From assembly GCA_964016885.1 (NCBI GenBank), contig OZ024741.1:53320001-53384000 (forward strand): a stretch of DNA of 64,000 nucleotides, read 5' to 3'. The notes under the pieces were generated by a model, which had not been told where the DNA came from, made no database searches, and saw only the letters and a program-made list of their open reading frames with translations. The DNA comes from Eledone cirrhosa. Its lineage: Eukaryota. The translations under genes were made by a program, and so were the position numbers. This document shows positions 12,146 to 25,124 of the stretch, in pieces. Position 1 is the first letter of the stretch. Every line of letters starts with the position of its first letter.

Positions 12146-12959
12146 TTGGTAATATATTTCATCGACTCTCCATTAAGAGTGAAATGCAAAGTTGAAGCCA
12201 AAAGCGTTTGAACTCAGAGAGCTGAGTGCAGAACTAAACACTTCACAGGGAATCATTCGATGGTCTAACAATTCCACAAATCCACAGTTCTAAACTCTGA
12301 CTTTATTTCATTCCCCCCCCCCCCCCCCCCCCCCCCAATAAAAAAAATAATAATAATAATAAAACAAAGTATGTATGGCAAAGTTGACTGCAGCAATATT
12401 TGAACTTAGAGAGCAGAAAAGAAAAAAAACTAATACCGCAAGGAATCTCATAAATTCTAACGCCATTGTCAATGTATTTTCAATCATTAAAAGGGAAAGT
12501 TGCGAGGTATTCGAATATTAAATGTCATACGCACATACTTTATATTAATCTCTGGATTCTCAGTTCAAATTTTATATCTTCTCTTGCCGATTTATTATTT
12601 CATTAAATACAAAACATCCGTAAAAAATATTATGGTACTGGTTTCAGGTGCGGGACTAAAGCCATGCCAGAACAGTGTATATATCGATATCGGATCATGG
12701 TCTATCACATGGTTGTTTTATCGGCCTTGTAAGAGATGAATGGTAAAGCCAGCTTTCGTGTAAATGAAGATAATGCAAACAGAATTAATTATCATTGGGT
12801 AGTTTTATCTGTCGTATTGATTGTTACAGCGATCGCTCCTCTATATACACGAGTACACATATATATATATACCTGTTATATACACACAAGTACACATATA
12901 TACATACCTGTTATACACACACACACACACACAAGTACACATATATACATACCTGTTAT

Positions 12960-13003
<44 letters not shown>

Positions 13004-13004
<1 letters not shown>

Positions 13005-13463
13005 AAAGAAAATTTCGCTCTACATGGCTGAATACAATAAATGTAATCTGAATTTTTCGAATATTAATAATAACATTTGATTCGTTTGCAATTATGCAAA
13101 CAAGCCTCAATTTTATAGCCATGTCAGTAGAATGAACACTTCATTCTTGCTCTTGTGTTGCCATGCGAAAAGAACTGCAGACACTAATGTTTCTGGGTAT
13201 CACCCTTCATCAGAACAGCTCCCTGTTCACCTGCCAAACTGTCAGAGCTAGTGAAAATATATGCTATTTTCAAAAATACGCAGTGATTGATCCGCCTGAT
13301 TTGCATATTAGCAGACTGGCTGATTAGTCACATCTGCATATTAGCAAATCCACTGATCAACCAGATTTGCATATCAGCTGACTGGGCAGTCAGTTTCCTG
13401 TATACGAAGCGTTCTGTTCCCATGCCAACACAATAGCAAGAATGAAGTGTTCATTCTACTGAC

Positions 13464-13465
<2 letters not shown>
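13004..13465. mobile_element. HHR-bearing foldback element in (TA)n
   Basis: IR 13121-13175 / 13411-13465; ~117-nt left-only extension; TA flanks. Confidence 0.82.
13173..13220 (-). ncRNA. Type I hammerhead ribozyme
   Basis: agctgtt-CTGATGA-agggt(gat)accca-GAAA-cattagtg-TC-tgcagtt; stem I partly mismatched. Confidence 0.72.
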
Positions 13466-13498
<33 letters not shown>

Positions 13499-13655
13499 TA
13501 CAGATGTGTGTGTGTATGTGTGTGTGTTTGTGTGTTTGTGTGTATGTTTGTGTCTGTATTGTTAGTAACTATAGCTTGTAAGCTACTGTAGTTCTGGTAC
13601 CACCCTCATATATATATAGAGAGAGAGAGAGAAAGAGAGTGAGAGAGAGAGAGAC

Positions 13656-13722
<67 letters not shown>

Positions 13723-14183
13723 AGAGAGAGACATATATATATATATATTCGTATATATACATATGTGAGTGTGGGTGGGATGGCTGTTGAAAGTACTTGT
13801 ACCTCTAAGAATCAAGAATTGTAGTTAAAACTTTATCGTAGGTAATTGAACGTTCTCAATCTATAGTGGCTCGTAATTACTTCGCTGGTTTCTTCGGTCT
13901 GAGAAATTGCAAGAAATGTAGTTGGCACTTATTAGAAAGGCAGTAGTATAATGGAGTAGACTTACGTGTATGTGAATGTGAATTTTATTTGATGGTTTAA
14001 TTGAACGATTTTGTATACGCTGAGATGAACGTAGGTGGATAGTCAGACATAAAGTTGCTTTGCATAAAATAGAATAAATTTGAAAAACAGAACAAAATTT
14101 GAATTATCGAAGCTCTGGGACTGTTTTAAATTTGAAAAACTGAGAATCCCAAACACCCATGTTTCCGTCTCTAATGATAATTT

Positions 14184-14316
14184 AGGCGGCAAATAGGTGG
14201 AGTCGTTAGAACGTCGGATAGAATGTATTTGTCCCGGCTCTCTGCACCCTGTCTACGAATCTCGCCGAGGATATATGTGCCTTTCATCCTTTCGAAGTCG
14301 AAAAAAGTACCAGTCA
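14184..14316 (+). mobile_element. tRNA-type SINE with Meta-like domain
   Basis: Head ggcggc..gtcgttagaacgtcgg followed by gcctttcatcctttcg..gtaccagt. Confidence 0.7.
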
Positions 14317-15794
14317 AGTAATGGAGAGAATTCTTCCTCTACATCTTTTTTTATTTCTTCTCTATCTGTCTCTTTCTTTCTCCCGATGAAATAAGCTGTA
14401 TCCATAGCTGGAGAGGGGATGGGCTCCTTGAGGTTAAATGATACCCAAGAAAAGCCGTTTGTCACTACAGTGCCCTTACGACTCCAGCAGAAATTACGAA
14501 TCTATACATACATACAATGGAAATGTACCCAATTTTCCCTAACCCGAACACTAACCCCAACTCCAAACTTAACCCTCATTTATCCATCTATTATATAGAG
14601 TGATCGAGTATTGTTTTCGACAAATATTTTCTACGTTTGTCATGCTCTCATTTTCAAAAGAAAAAAAAAACTTCTTGTCAGCAATTGAGCTGGTACCTGA
14701 TTAGTTGGGAGATGTAATAGTTAACAATAAAGTCTATACGCGCATGTTTGTGATTTCAGATCTAGCTATAGGAAGAGCTGTAGCTTATTAGTGTGCATCA
14801 TTGTGGGTGGATTACAATTTGTATATTGGGTAATGGGCAATACAAATATGTTTTACAGTAAATGGTTGTCATACAAGTTAGGTTCAAACCTGCCTATCTG
14901 TTGCATCACTAACAGGAAATGTACTTCCGTGTTGATTGTGAAAAGGTTGTTTATTCTCTTGTTAATATTTTAATAACTTGTTAGTAAGAACACCGGACAT
15001 TTCGTTGATCATATGCATTGTTTACGTCCAACTATTTTCACTCATAAATCTTTGGTCGAACAAACAAGTCTTTGATAGAACAAACAAGGCGACAATGTAG
15101 TTGGGAGGGCCGTGGAGAAGAGTACGAAGACACGCTTTTTGGGGAGTCCTATTAGAAGCAACAAATTCCAATTGATCCAGCTGAAACACCATTCGGAACA
15201 AACCGAGCTCATGGATGTTATCAAATCATCTTGCTCGTGGTGTACCTCGGGATCCCCTGGCAATTTGCAGTAATTCTTTCCTTGGGATATTCTAACCACA
15301 TGTTAGTAGTAACGGAGCTGTGATCCCCCCATTTCGAAAAGTAGTGGGTCTATCTGGAGCAACTTCCTGGCATCCAAGCTACACACCCTATTGAGTAATG
15401 TGACTTCAAAGAATATGATGGTGAATAAATGCGACCGAAATGGGGTTCCTCAGAAATGTTTTTTTACCTACACTACTGCATAAAAACGACAGCTACAGCT
15501 TTCAAATTTTTTCGGGTTTAATTTACTAATTTAATATACAAAAACTTTAAAAGATATTGTAAGAGAAACGCATAAAGCACAACAGTTCAAAAACTATTCT
15601 TTTTGATGTGAACAATTTTTTTAGTTGTGTAGCATACGAGTGACATGTATATCAAAAATAAACATCAGATGTTTTTTTTTTCAGTTCTTTATCTATTACC
15701 TATACACACACACATATATATATATATATCTCTTACATATAGATATATAGATATACAGATATATACGTATATATAAATATATATATATACATGA

Positions 15795-15827
<33 letters not shown>

Positions 15828-15841
15828 AAGAGAGGGGGAGG

Positions 15842-15879
<38 letters not shown>

Positions 15880-15934
15880 TGTAAAATCCCGACTATAGCG
15901 CCAAGCGGTTTTGGCAGATCCCCCTCTCTCTCTC

Positions 15935-16094
<160 letters not shown>

Positions 16095-16837
16095 CATATA
16101 TGTTTAGCGGTGATATCAGTGCAAGTCGTGGAAGATCAATTGGGTATATGCAGATCTGCGGCAGGTTTAATAAGACGGCGTTTGTGATTTATTTGTCTGC
16201 GTGCCGATAGCGTTCAATCATGTGTTGTACGATTGATCGGGAAGCAAATACATGATAGAGAAATTGATGATAGATTGGGAAGAAAGAATGGGAGCGAGAG
16301 AGTAAGTGACAGAGATATATGCATGTTTATCAACACATCTATACATATTTATACACACATACATATATGTACGAACATACAAACATGTATATATATATAT
16401 ATATTGGCATATGGTTGGACAATACATGTGTCCCTTAGCGCCTTGTGCGTGTAGGAACACATATCCTATTATTACTTACCTCCTCTATGTTGAGAAAAAA
16501 TTTGGTCATTCCGACTGCTGCTAGCGATAGTGGTGGCCGATTGACCTACCCCCTCTGCCTCTATCTTTACTTTCGGCCCTTGAAAAAATTGATTCCACTT
16601 CATTTACTCTCATCTCGGGAACAGTTTTGGATAACGCTAGTTCGTAATTTAAATTCAAGAATTTTATATTCTTCGAATGAAAAGAACCTTCTGACGAGAA
16701 TCTTTCTTTGCAACGAAGGCCGTATGGTCTCCGTTTATTTTTGAGATTGGAAACCGATTCGGTAAAGGTAACTATAGTAAGTAAAGTTAATTTTTTAAAA
16801 TTTATTTTGAAACTTTTTCATTATTTGCTAAACCTTG

Positions 16838-16912
<75 letters not shown>

Positions 16913-17204
16913 ATGTTATTTAGTAGCAATCGAAATCTCCCCCTTCCCCAATTGACACTTTATAATTAATACTACTGCACCAAATGACCAGCCCTGTCCA
17001 CTGTCCGGTTGGTCAAGTAGAGATTAAAATTGGCACTCCCAAAATTCTTATTTAGATTTACTCATGGTATTCTCATTAAAAATCCATTATATACTTGTTT
17101 AGCAGTAAATTATTTTACCATCTGTCATATACTATCCCCTCTGTTCCTTCCTCTTTTACTAATATAAATACTTCAATTTTTCTGATTTTATCCAGTTTAT
17201 CCAA

Positions 17205-17323
17205 AATCTCTGAAGAAGTGACAACTGATTATACATTTGCTATCGAATACTTGCTAACATTATATGATTACGCAAGCAGCGATACATAGGTATTCGGTCT
17301 GTTACAGAAACATATGTCAATAC
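17205..17323 (+). ncRNA. Hammerhead motif with ~90-nt stem II domain (PLE 3' remnant)
   Basis: CTGAAGA-a-gtgaca...tgttac-a-GAAA-catatg-TC-aatacc. Stem I is decayed; the 3' flank gtcaatacct is shared with the 19/21 kb HHR. Confidence 0.65.
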
Positions 17324-17478
17324 CTAATAAATTCCTTTTTTAACAAAAGCACTTTCATTTTATATTCATCCTTTCTACATTTCTCCGGAATATAATTTAT
17401 ACTCGTTGATCAAACCTGCACGTACGCTGTTCATCTCTAACGTGACGATATATTATCACTACATTATTGATAACGTGA

Positions 17479-17520
<42 letters not shown>

Positions 17521-17573
17521 GAGCGGGGATGTGTATATGTGTGTATATAGAAATATATATATATACTTATATA

Positions 17574-17636
<63 letters not shown>

Positions 17637-17641
17637 TGAAG

Positions 17642-17746
17642 TTTATGTTGTATACTCTCTTGCGAACAATACCGTTGTTGTTAATTACACGTTGTCAGAG
17701 ACTGTCAATGGTACACTCGTTCGCTGCTATTTCCTTATCAATGCAG
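17642..17746 (+). other. Possible 105-nt host exon (phase 1-1)
   Basis: ag|...cag|gtatg. Open frame [35 protein letters not shown] with three N-x-T sites, but a weak acceptor and no neighbouring exons found. Confidence 0.2.
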
Positions 17747-18153
17747 GTATGTTTGACATGCTTTTCAAGTTACAAACATGCATGTTGTATGTATTGGTAA
17801 AGTTACTAAAACGTATTTGTGCTTATTCGACCCTACATCGATCCTGTAATTTTATAATATCTGCTCTACACCATGACTGCAAATCAAATTATAATGTGAA
17901 TTTCAGTCGATCTGAAAATCACACTCGTTATGAGGCGTCATGCAGTAACGGTGGGAATTCTGGAATGTCCGCCTCTAATATAATAAATACACACACATGG
18001 AGACACACACACGCACACACACACTCACACACACACTCACGAACACACACTCACACACTGATACATACACACACACACTCACACACGCACAGACACACAC
18101 TCTCTCTCTCTCACACACACTCACACACGCACAGACACACACTCTCTCTCTCT

Positions 18154-18185
<32 letters not shown>

Positions 18186-18594
18186 CATATATATATGTAT
18201 ATGAAATCTTTTACTCTATTATGCCAAAGTAATGAGTCTTGTTACTCTGGATTTTCAGTGTTGTACCCAGAGGGTCATCAACTAAATTCATAAGTCAGGA
18301 CACATAATTATTATCTGATGAACCCTTCAGTTCACAGAATAAACCTACGAGAAAGAAAACTTATTACTAAGCCATAATATGTTTTTGTGTGTGAGGAGCG
18401 AGAGACTTCTAGTCATGATTAAGACATCCCTCTAGAAGATCACTCTGATATAAAAACTTCGACTTCGTTTGCACCAATAATGTAGACCAGTTCTACTTTG
18501 TGGGTATATGAATTCGATATTCATAGAGCGGGATTGCACCCGTGTAAATTTCCTATCCTCATTTAAAAAAGCTTATATATATATGTATATATAA

Positions 18595-18727
18595 GAAAGT
18601 AAGAAAGAGTGATAAGGAACCAGGTGGACCATAGGGCACCAGAGTACTCGATACTTAAGGTACTAGAGTGGGTGTTCAGATGTAGCTGCCGAAACGGTCG
18701 GAGCTCAGCCGTCCGGGTCCTGACTCT

Positions 18728-18732
<5 letters not shown>
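18595..18732. mobile_element. Family D PLE-type derivative
   Basis: Same inverted extension and same right end as 5947-6145, with a different internal junction. Confidence 0.72.
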
Positions 18733-18763
<31 letters not shown>

Positions 18764-18983
18764 GGTAATAAGTTATCATTATAGGCAATCCAGTTAGAGG
18801 TTGTGAGTACTCTGCGTCGTGGATAGTTTTAACGTACGGCTTTGTTTAACTCAACAAGATGTTTCCATAGTTAGGCAGCGAGTTCGCGGTAATTCCTATG
18901 TATTTTATACTTGGAGTAAAGTAATAATAATGAAAGATTGAAGAGTAACATGGTTGGTTGTATAACAAGGGGCTTTAATTAAG

Positions 18984-19094
18984 GTATTGACATTTGTTTC
19001 ATTGATCAGGTGAGTCTAGAGGCCGCTAATCGCTCGAAGATGCGTCACTCGATCTCCATTACATTATTTACCTCTGATCAACTCCTCAGAATAC
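18984..19094 (-). ncRNA. Type I hammerhead with ~80-nt stem II domain (mutated mirror copy 21857-21968, +)
   Basis: gtatt-CTGAGGA-gttgatcag...ctgatcaat-GAAA-caaatg-TC-aatac. Confidence 0.85.
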
Positions 19095-19499
19095 AAAAAC
19101 AATTCACACAAGGCAAGATATATATAGAGAAATAGCGTATAATCAAAATAATAAAATCAATAATAAAATATATATGATAAATAGGTAGAGAAGTTAGAGA
19201 TGTAAAAAGTAAAAAGTAAAAGATGAGAAAAAATATACAGTAAAAAAGTAAGAAAATGGAAAAATAATACAAATATAATGAAATATAATGAAATAAGGAT
19301 AAGTGAGAGCATGTAAGTATAGAATATGATAGTGGTGAGTAAGTGTCCTTGTAAGGATTTTGTGGTGGGGGTTAGTGCTAAGATGAAAAGTCATATTCGA
19401 AAATACATAGCTACGTGTAGAGAGTCTGAGGTAGTGACAGATAAAAGCAAAAGCAATAAATTAGAGATTAATTGGGAGATACTAGTATGAGATCCATTA

Positions 19500-21234
19500 T
19501 ACGCCGTGAACTACACAAAAAATACAAAAAAAACAACAACAGAATTTACACTCGCTAGCATTAATAAGGAAAGACTTAGCATAGTAAAAACTGAAAATAT
19601 CTGATAGAACCGAGCCTCTAACCCATTGTGACCCCACATTTAACCTACCCAGAAAAATTCAGACCTTACCTCGGACGAAATTAAAATATTACTAGCTGCT
19701 AGGAGAACTATCATTAAATTCAAAAATAGTTACTGTAACGAAAAAACAGACAGAATAGCATCGATATCACAATGGGATCTAACGACTCAGCATAGGTAAC
19801 GGACATGGTGGGAATATATATAGCGCACAACTTACATAAGGAATTCAATAACATTCTAGGGAGTAATTTATAGATACGATACACTCCTTTTAGCCAAAAA
19901 CTTAAATAATCAAAACATGGAAAAATTACGAAAAAACACCAGAGTCTTCTTCAACAAACTAGACCTAGGTATCACTTTCGAACTTAACTCTAAAAAAGCT
20001 AACTTCTTAGATGTAACACTCAACCTAAACACAGGATTAATAGAGCCATTCCATAAAAATAACGAGAATCTAGCCTACATTAGTTATTACTCAAACCACT
20101 CCCGATCCATAATTAACTCCATAGCACATAGTATATCCCTCAGAATATCCCGCCTATCTTCTAACCTAGAGATTTTTAACGAACATGCAAACTATTATAA
20201 CATAGATTTACATAAGGCAGGACATAAAGCGGGGCAGGAATACATTCCAAATAGAGACATCAGCAATAAACCTAACAACTACACTACCCACACCTATAGA
20301 AATAACAAACATAGGACTAAGCATAGAATTAGACAACGAGCACCAAAAATAACTGAACAGAACACTAATATAAAGACCCCTAAGAACTATAGAAGATCCA
20401 GAGATAGAAAATACCTATGGTTCAATCCAATATTCAACTCCTCTATCAAAACCAAACTACCTTCTACATTATTTAAGCTAATCGACAAACACTTCCCTAA
20501 ACTACTCAAATGCCATAGAATCTGTAATAGAAGAACAATCAAACTATCTTACTCTACTGCAGCCAACATAGAATGACACATACATAAAATCAACCGCAAA
20601 AATATCTCTAAAGAAAATAACCTACCAACATACACCATAGCACCAAATACAAAACGCAAACACATAACAACATCGCAACCACAAACACATCGCAACCACA
20701 AACACATCGGGGCGCATCACAACAAAAAAATAAATGGCCAAAATCTCAACCCACCCACAACAACATACAAAACCGCAACAGAGAACCTGCACACAGAAAA
20801 GCCTCCAACTGTAACTGCCACCTACCGGATAAGTGGCCACTGCAAAATAGATGCCTGGATTCGAGTATGGTGTAACTGTGTACTGTAAATTCAGGCAACT
20901 CTACTTGGCACTACATAGGTTCATCGGCTGGGGAGTTAAAAAAAGGTGGTATGTCCACAGACACTCCATGAAGAACCATAGACTGGAGAACTCTACGACG
21001 CTCGCCAATAAAATCTGGCAGCTTAAAATCACAAACCAGGAATATAGGATTAGCTTGTCAAAATCATCGGAAGCAAGGGCCTACAACAATGGGATGTCCC
21101 ACTGCGGACTTTGTAATATGGAGCTATTCCATATTTTAAGGTACGATAAGATGCTTCTTAACAGCAAAATAGAAAGATTAATTTTCTGTAGGCATAAAAT
21201 AGCTACCAAGTTCACAAATTTCAAACCACCGTAA
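19500..21234 (+). pseudogene. Disrupted Naiad-type RT/GIY-YIG ORF
   Basis: DITMGSNDSA, NFLDVTLNL, SNHS, WFNP, TIKLSYS, CNC..PL..C, CGLC..E, FCRH; several stops and frameshifts. Confidence 0.92.
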
Positions 21235-22018
21235 TTCGAGCCAGCAATCCCAAAATTAGAACTGAACCACCTGGATTTTAACGTATGGAAAACACACCAT
21301 CACACCGCTATTAGCTCTCAAATGGCCAACTGATCACTAGATCATAAATCTCTTAACATCTCTTTCACCCTCTCGACCTGAAACCGCATCAACCCCATTA
21401 AGGCAAGACAATCAGCAAAACATTTACCACACGCATTTGTCAAACATCCCTTCACCATCCACCCTTAGCCCTTGGATCTCATACTAATATCTCCCAATTA
21501 ATTGCTTTTTCTTTTATCTGTCACCACCTCAAACTCTCTACACGTATCTATGTATGTTTCGAATATGACTTTTCATGTTAGCACTAAACCCACCACAGAA
21601 TCGTTATTTGTACACTTACTCACCACCACTATCATATTTTGTACTTATATGATCTCACTTATCCTTATTTCTTTATATTTGTATTACTTTTCCATTTTCT
21701 TACTTTTTTACTGTATATTTTTTCTTATCTTTTACTTTTTACTTTTTACATCTCTAACTTCTCTACCTATCTATCATATATATTTTATTATTGATGTTAT
21801 TGTTTTGATTATACGCTATTACTCTATATATATCTTGCCTTCTGTGAATTATTTTTGTATTCTGAGAAGTTGATCAGAGGTAAATAATGTAATGGAGATC
21901 GAGTGACACAACTACGAGCGATTAGCGGCCTCTAGACTCACCTGATCAATGAAAAAAATTGTCAATACCTGAAATAAAGCCCCTTGTTGTACAGCCAACC
22001 ATGTTACACTTCATTCTT

Positions 22019-22087
<69 letters not shown>

Positions 22088-22093
<6 letters not shown>

Positions 22094-23355
22094 TTAAGTC
22101 GTTTGGAAGCCTCGACAATGCAAATGGGTAAATCTCTGGGTAACAAGGTCCGGTGGTGGAGAGAGAGATGTAAGTGGGTGTACGTTGAGATGCGTGGTGT
22201 GTATAAGATGTGTGAGATGTGTAGAATGAAGGGAAGAGTATAAAGGATAAAATAAAAATAACAACACAAGAGAGAGTTACCTTGGGGGAGATTTAATAGT
22301 CCCTATATATTTCGGATTCACATCCATCAACTGGGGGTTTTTTTTCGGGGTGAGGGAAAAAGGTTGTCTGTCGGACAAGTCCGGAACGCGTCCTTCGCTG
22401 TTTATTGTTTTGAATATCTGAGGTATTTGGCAGAGCGCGCGTGCGCATGAAACGGGGTCGGTCGTACAGAGGTCAGCGGCTGAATGAGGGAGTGCGATGG
22501 CGCTAGCTGTCAGTCCATTCTCTGCCTGTTTGTTAAATGTTACTGTGTGTGTGTGTGTGCGTGTGTTGTTGTCTCGCTTGAGTGCGTGTGTGTGTGTGCG
22601 TGTGTTGTTGCCTTGTTCCTCTGTATTGGCAATGTAGTATGTTCGTATGGTGGAATGCTACTGTGTGTGTGTGCGTGTGTGTGTGTAGTTGTCTGTTTGC
22701 GTGTGTGTGTGTGTGCGTATGTTGTGTGTTGTTGCATCGCTTGTTAACTTAAACCAGCCATCTCATTTCGCTTCTCTCTCATCGGTTGTTTATTTGCGGT
22801 TGCAGTCGTTTGATAAAAAGCGCTTCCTTGATATGTAACGTGCCGACGTTTCTTTTCACACACACACGCACAAACACACAGTAGTATTCCACCATACGAA
22901 CATACTACACTGCCAATACAGAGGAACAAGGCAACAACACACGCACACACACACACAATCACGCGCGCTCTGCCGAATACCTCAGATATTCAAAATAACA
23001 AACAGCGAAGGACGCGTTCCGGACTTGTCCGACAGACAACCTTTTCCCCCACCCCGGAAAATCCCCCAGTTGATGGATGTGAATCCGAAATATATAGGGA
23101 CTATTAAATCTCCCCCAAGGTAACCCTCTCTTGCGTTGTTATTTTTATTTTATCCTTTATACTCTTCCCTTCATTCTACACATCTCACACATCTTATACA
23201 CACCACGCATCTCAACGTACACCCACTTACATCTCTCTCTCTACCACCGGACCTTGTTACCCAGAGATTTACCCATTTGCATTGTCGAGGCTTCCAAACG
23301 ACTTAAAGATATTTACTTATTGTTCCACAATGCTTCAAGCAAACTTCAATACTCT

Positions 23356-23358
<3 letters not shown>
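22088..23358. mobile_element. ORF-less foldback element in (TA)n
   Basis: IR 22088-22443 / 22960-23312 and nested IR ~22578-22685 / 22857-22957. ~46-nt right-only extension; HHR-like motif at 23062-23100. Confidence 0.88.
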
Positions 23359-23453
<95 letters not shown>

Positions 23454-23458
23454 TATAT

Positions 23459-24290
23459 AAGAAAATGAGTTGTTTTCTTTTAAATGAAAAAAAAAAACGA
23501 GTTGTCCTACACGAGTGAAAGTATAAAGAAAAAGTATGAAATCGAAAATGCAACTGGAGTCTTTTTAAGCATATTTATTTGTTTCCTTTACCGGTTTCAC
23601 AGTTCTTATGCTTTTCAAAACTAGAATTGAGATGGAGGTTTTGTGGTTTTTCTCGCATCTCGTTGGTGTTCGAATGTTATTTCTGTTTTATGTAGGAAAA
23701 AAGGGGCTCGAATGATAGGATTTTTAGATAAGTAATTTGGTTGGTTGATGACTGTCACGTGAATAGGTATAATAAATTTTGCGTCAGTTCGTGTTAGAAA
23801 GTTCTTATAGTATTTTCCTTTAAAAAAAGGGGGAGGTTATTTTTTTTTCATATATAAGTGAAATTTGGTTGTTGATGCTAGTCACGTGTCTAAGCACATC
23901 AACGTTCGCGCTAGTTCGCGTTTGAAGGTTCTTTATTGTCATTTTCACTTAAAAAAGTGGCTCAAAAATGTTTTTCTTTTATTAATATAATTTGATTGGT
24001 TTTGACTGTCACGTGAATAAATACATTAAATTTCACGCCAGTTCGTATTTGGGGGTTCTTTGTGCGGTTTTCACAGTCACATGATTTGTCATAGAGAGTT
24101 TTGTGCCAAACAAGAGATAATGGTCAAGAAAAAAGGGATGGGGAGAATTGTTCTGGTTCAGTGAGTCTGGGTGATGTGCTGTGTTGTCAAAATTCAAACT
24201 TTCTATTGAAATAAATTGAATGTTTGTATCGGAAGTGGTGGTGGCGGCGAAAGGGTAGAAAATAGAGATATATGATTCCATTAGTAGAAA
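23459..24290 (-). mobile_element. Older inverted pLTR arm of the Neptune-type family
   Basis: Diverged match to 25119-25799, starting at the same point after (TA)n; contains a TTGAAAA..GAAACCGGTA motif on the minus strand. Confidence 0.85.
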
Positions 24291-24501
24291 TGGAGAAGGG
24301 AGTATGTGTGTGTATGGGTGTTATATGTGTATGTGTATGTGTGTGTGTGAGGTATTGTTAGCATATATATATATATATAATATATAAAATAAATATATAA
24401 TATATATATATAATACGTATATGTATAATACTCTTTTACTCTTTTACCTGTTCCAGCCATCCGACTGAGGCCATGCTGGGGCATATATATATATATAATA
24501 T

Positions 24502-24534
<33 letters not shown>

Positions 24535-24542
24535 TCATATAT

Positions 24543-25046
24543 GTGGGTCATCAGCATGTGGAAGGCCGATATTGTCCGCACTACTAGAGAGAACTAAAGA
24601 AAACTAACTTTCGCACGTGTAGACATAAGGGAAATGCGTGCGCGGGGCAGTAAACGGCATGTCACCGGTTACTGTCTCCCGAATGGTAGTTTACTTTAGT
24701 TCTCTCTAGTAGTGCTGACAATATCGGCCTTCCACATGTTGATGACCCACCGGGCCGAATTGGAACCCACTAAAATGGCGAAACATTCTCCTGGTGAGTG
24801 TGTACATGTGTGATTTAGGTGAGGTTGGTTTCTCATTTTAATTTCTACTTTTAATTTTAATGTTTTTCCTATGCCTCTAGTAGCTTATATTCTCTTCACG
24901 CTGGTGGTTTGAAATTCCTGTAAAGAAAAATACACTCTTCTGTGTCTTTCCCCTCTATACATTGTATTTTAAAGTGCCCAGGATAACTCTTTCCTTTGAG
25001 CTCATTTAATTACAGGATTATACGCGAGTCCTTTGCTCCGTTATTT

Positions 25047-25050
<4 letters not shown>
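24543..25050. mobile_element. HHR-bearing foldback element in (TA)n
   Basis: IR 24543-24606 / 24687-24750; the right arm continues ~300 nt to (TA)n. Confidence 0.8.
24733..24810 (+). ncRNA. Type I hammerhead with extended stem III
   Basis: cacatg-TTGATGA (CTGATGA in the left arm)-...-GAAA-cattctc(ctggt)gagtgtg-TA-catgtg. Confidence 0.75.

Positions 25051-25124
<74 letters not shown>

Larger units (their letters stand above)
18762..22021 (+). mobile_element. Decayed 5'-truncated Naiad-type PLE with inverted 5' arm
   Basis: IR 18931-19496 / 21473-22021; ~170-nt left-only extension; (TA)n on both sides; disrupted RT-EN sequence between the arms. Confidence 0.92.

Noticed and set aside
15150-15310. 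Possible Tc1/mariner transposase relic (W..SP...FF.W pattern)
   Set aside because: Too degenerate and no TIRs identified; it would need a profile search.
18310-18365. CTGATGA...GAAA pair
   Set aside because: Stems I, II and III cannot be formed.
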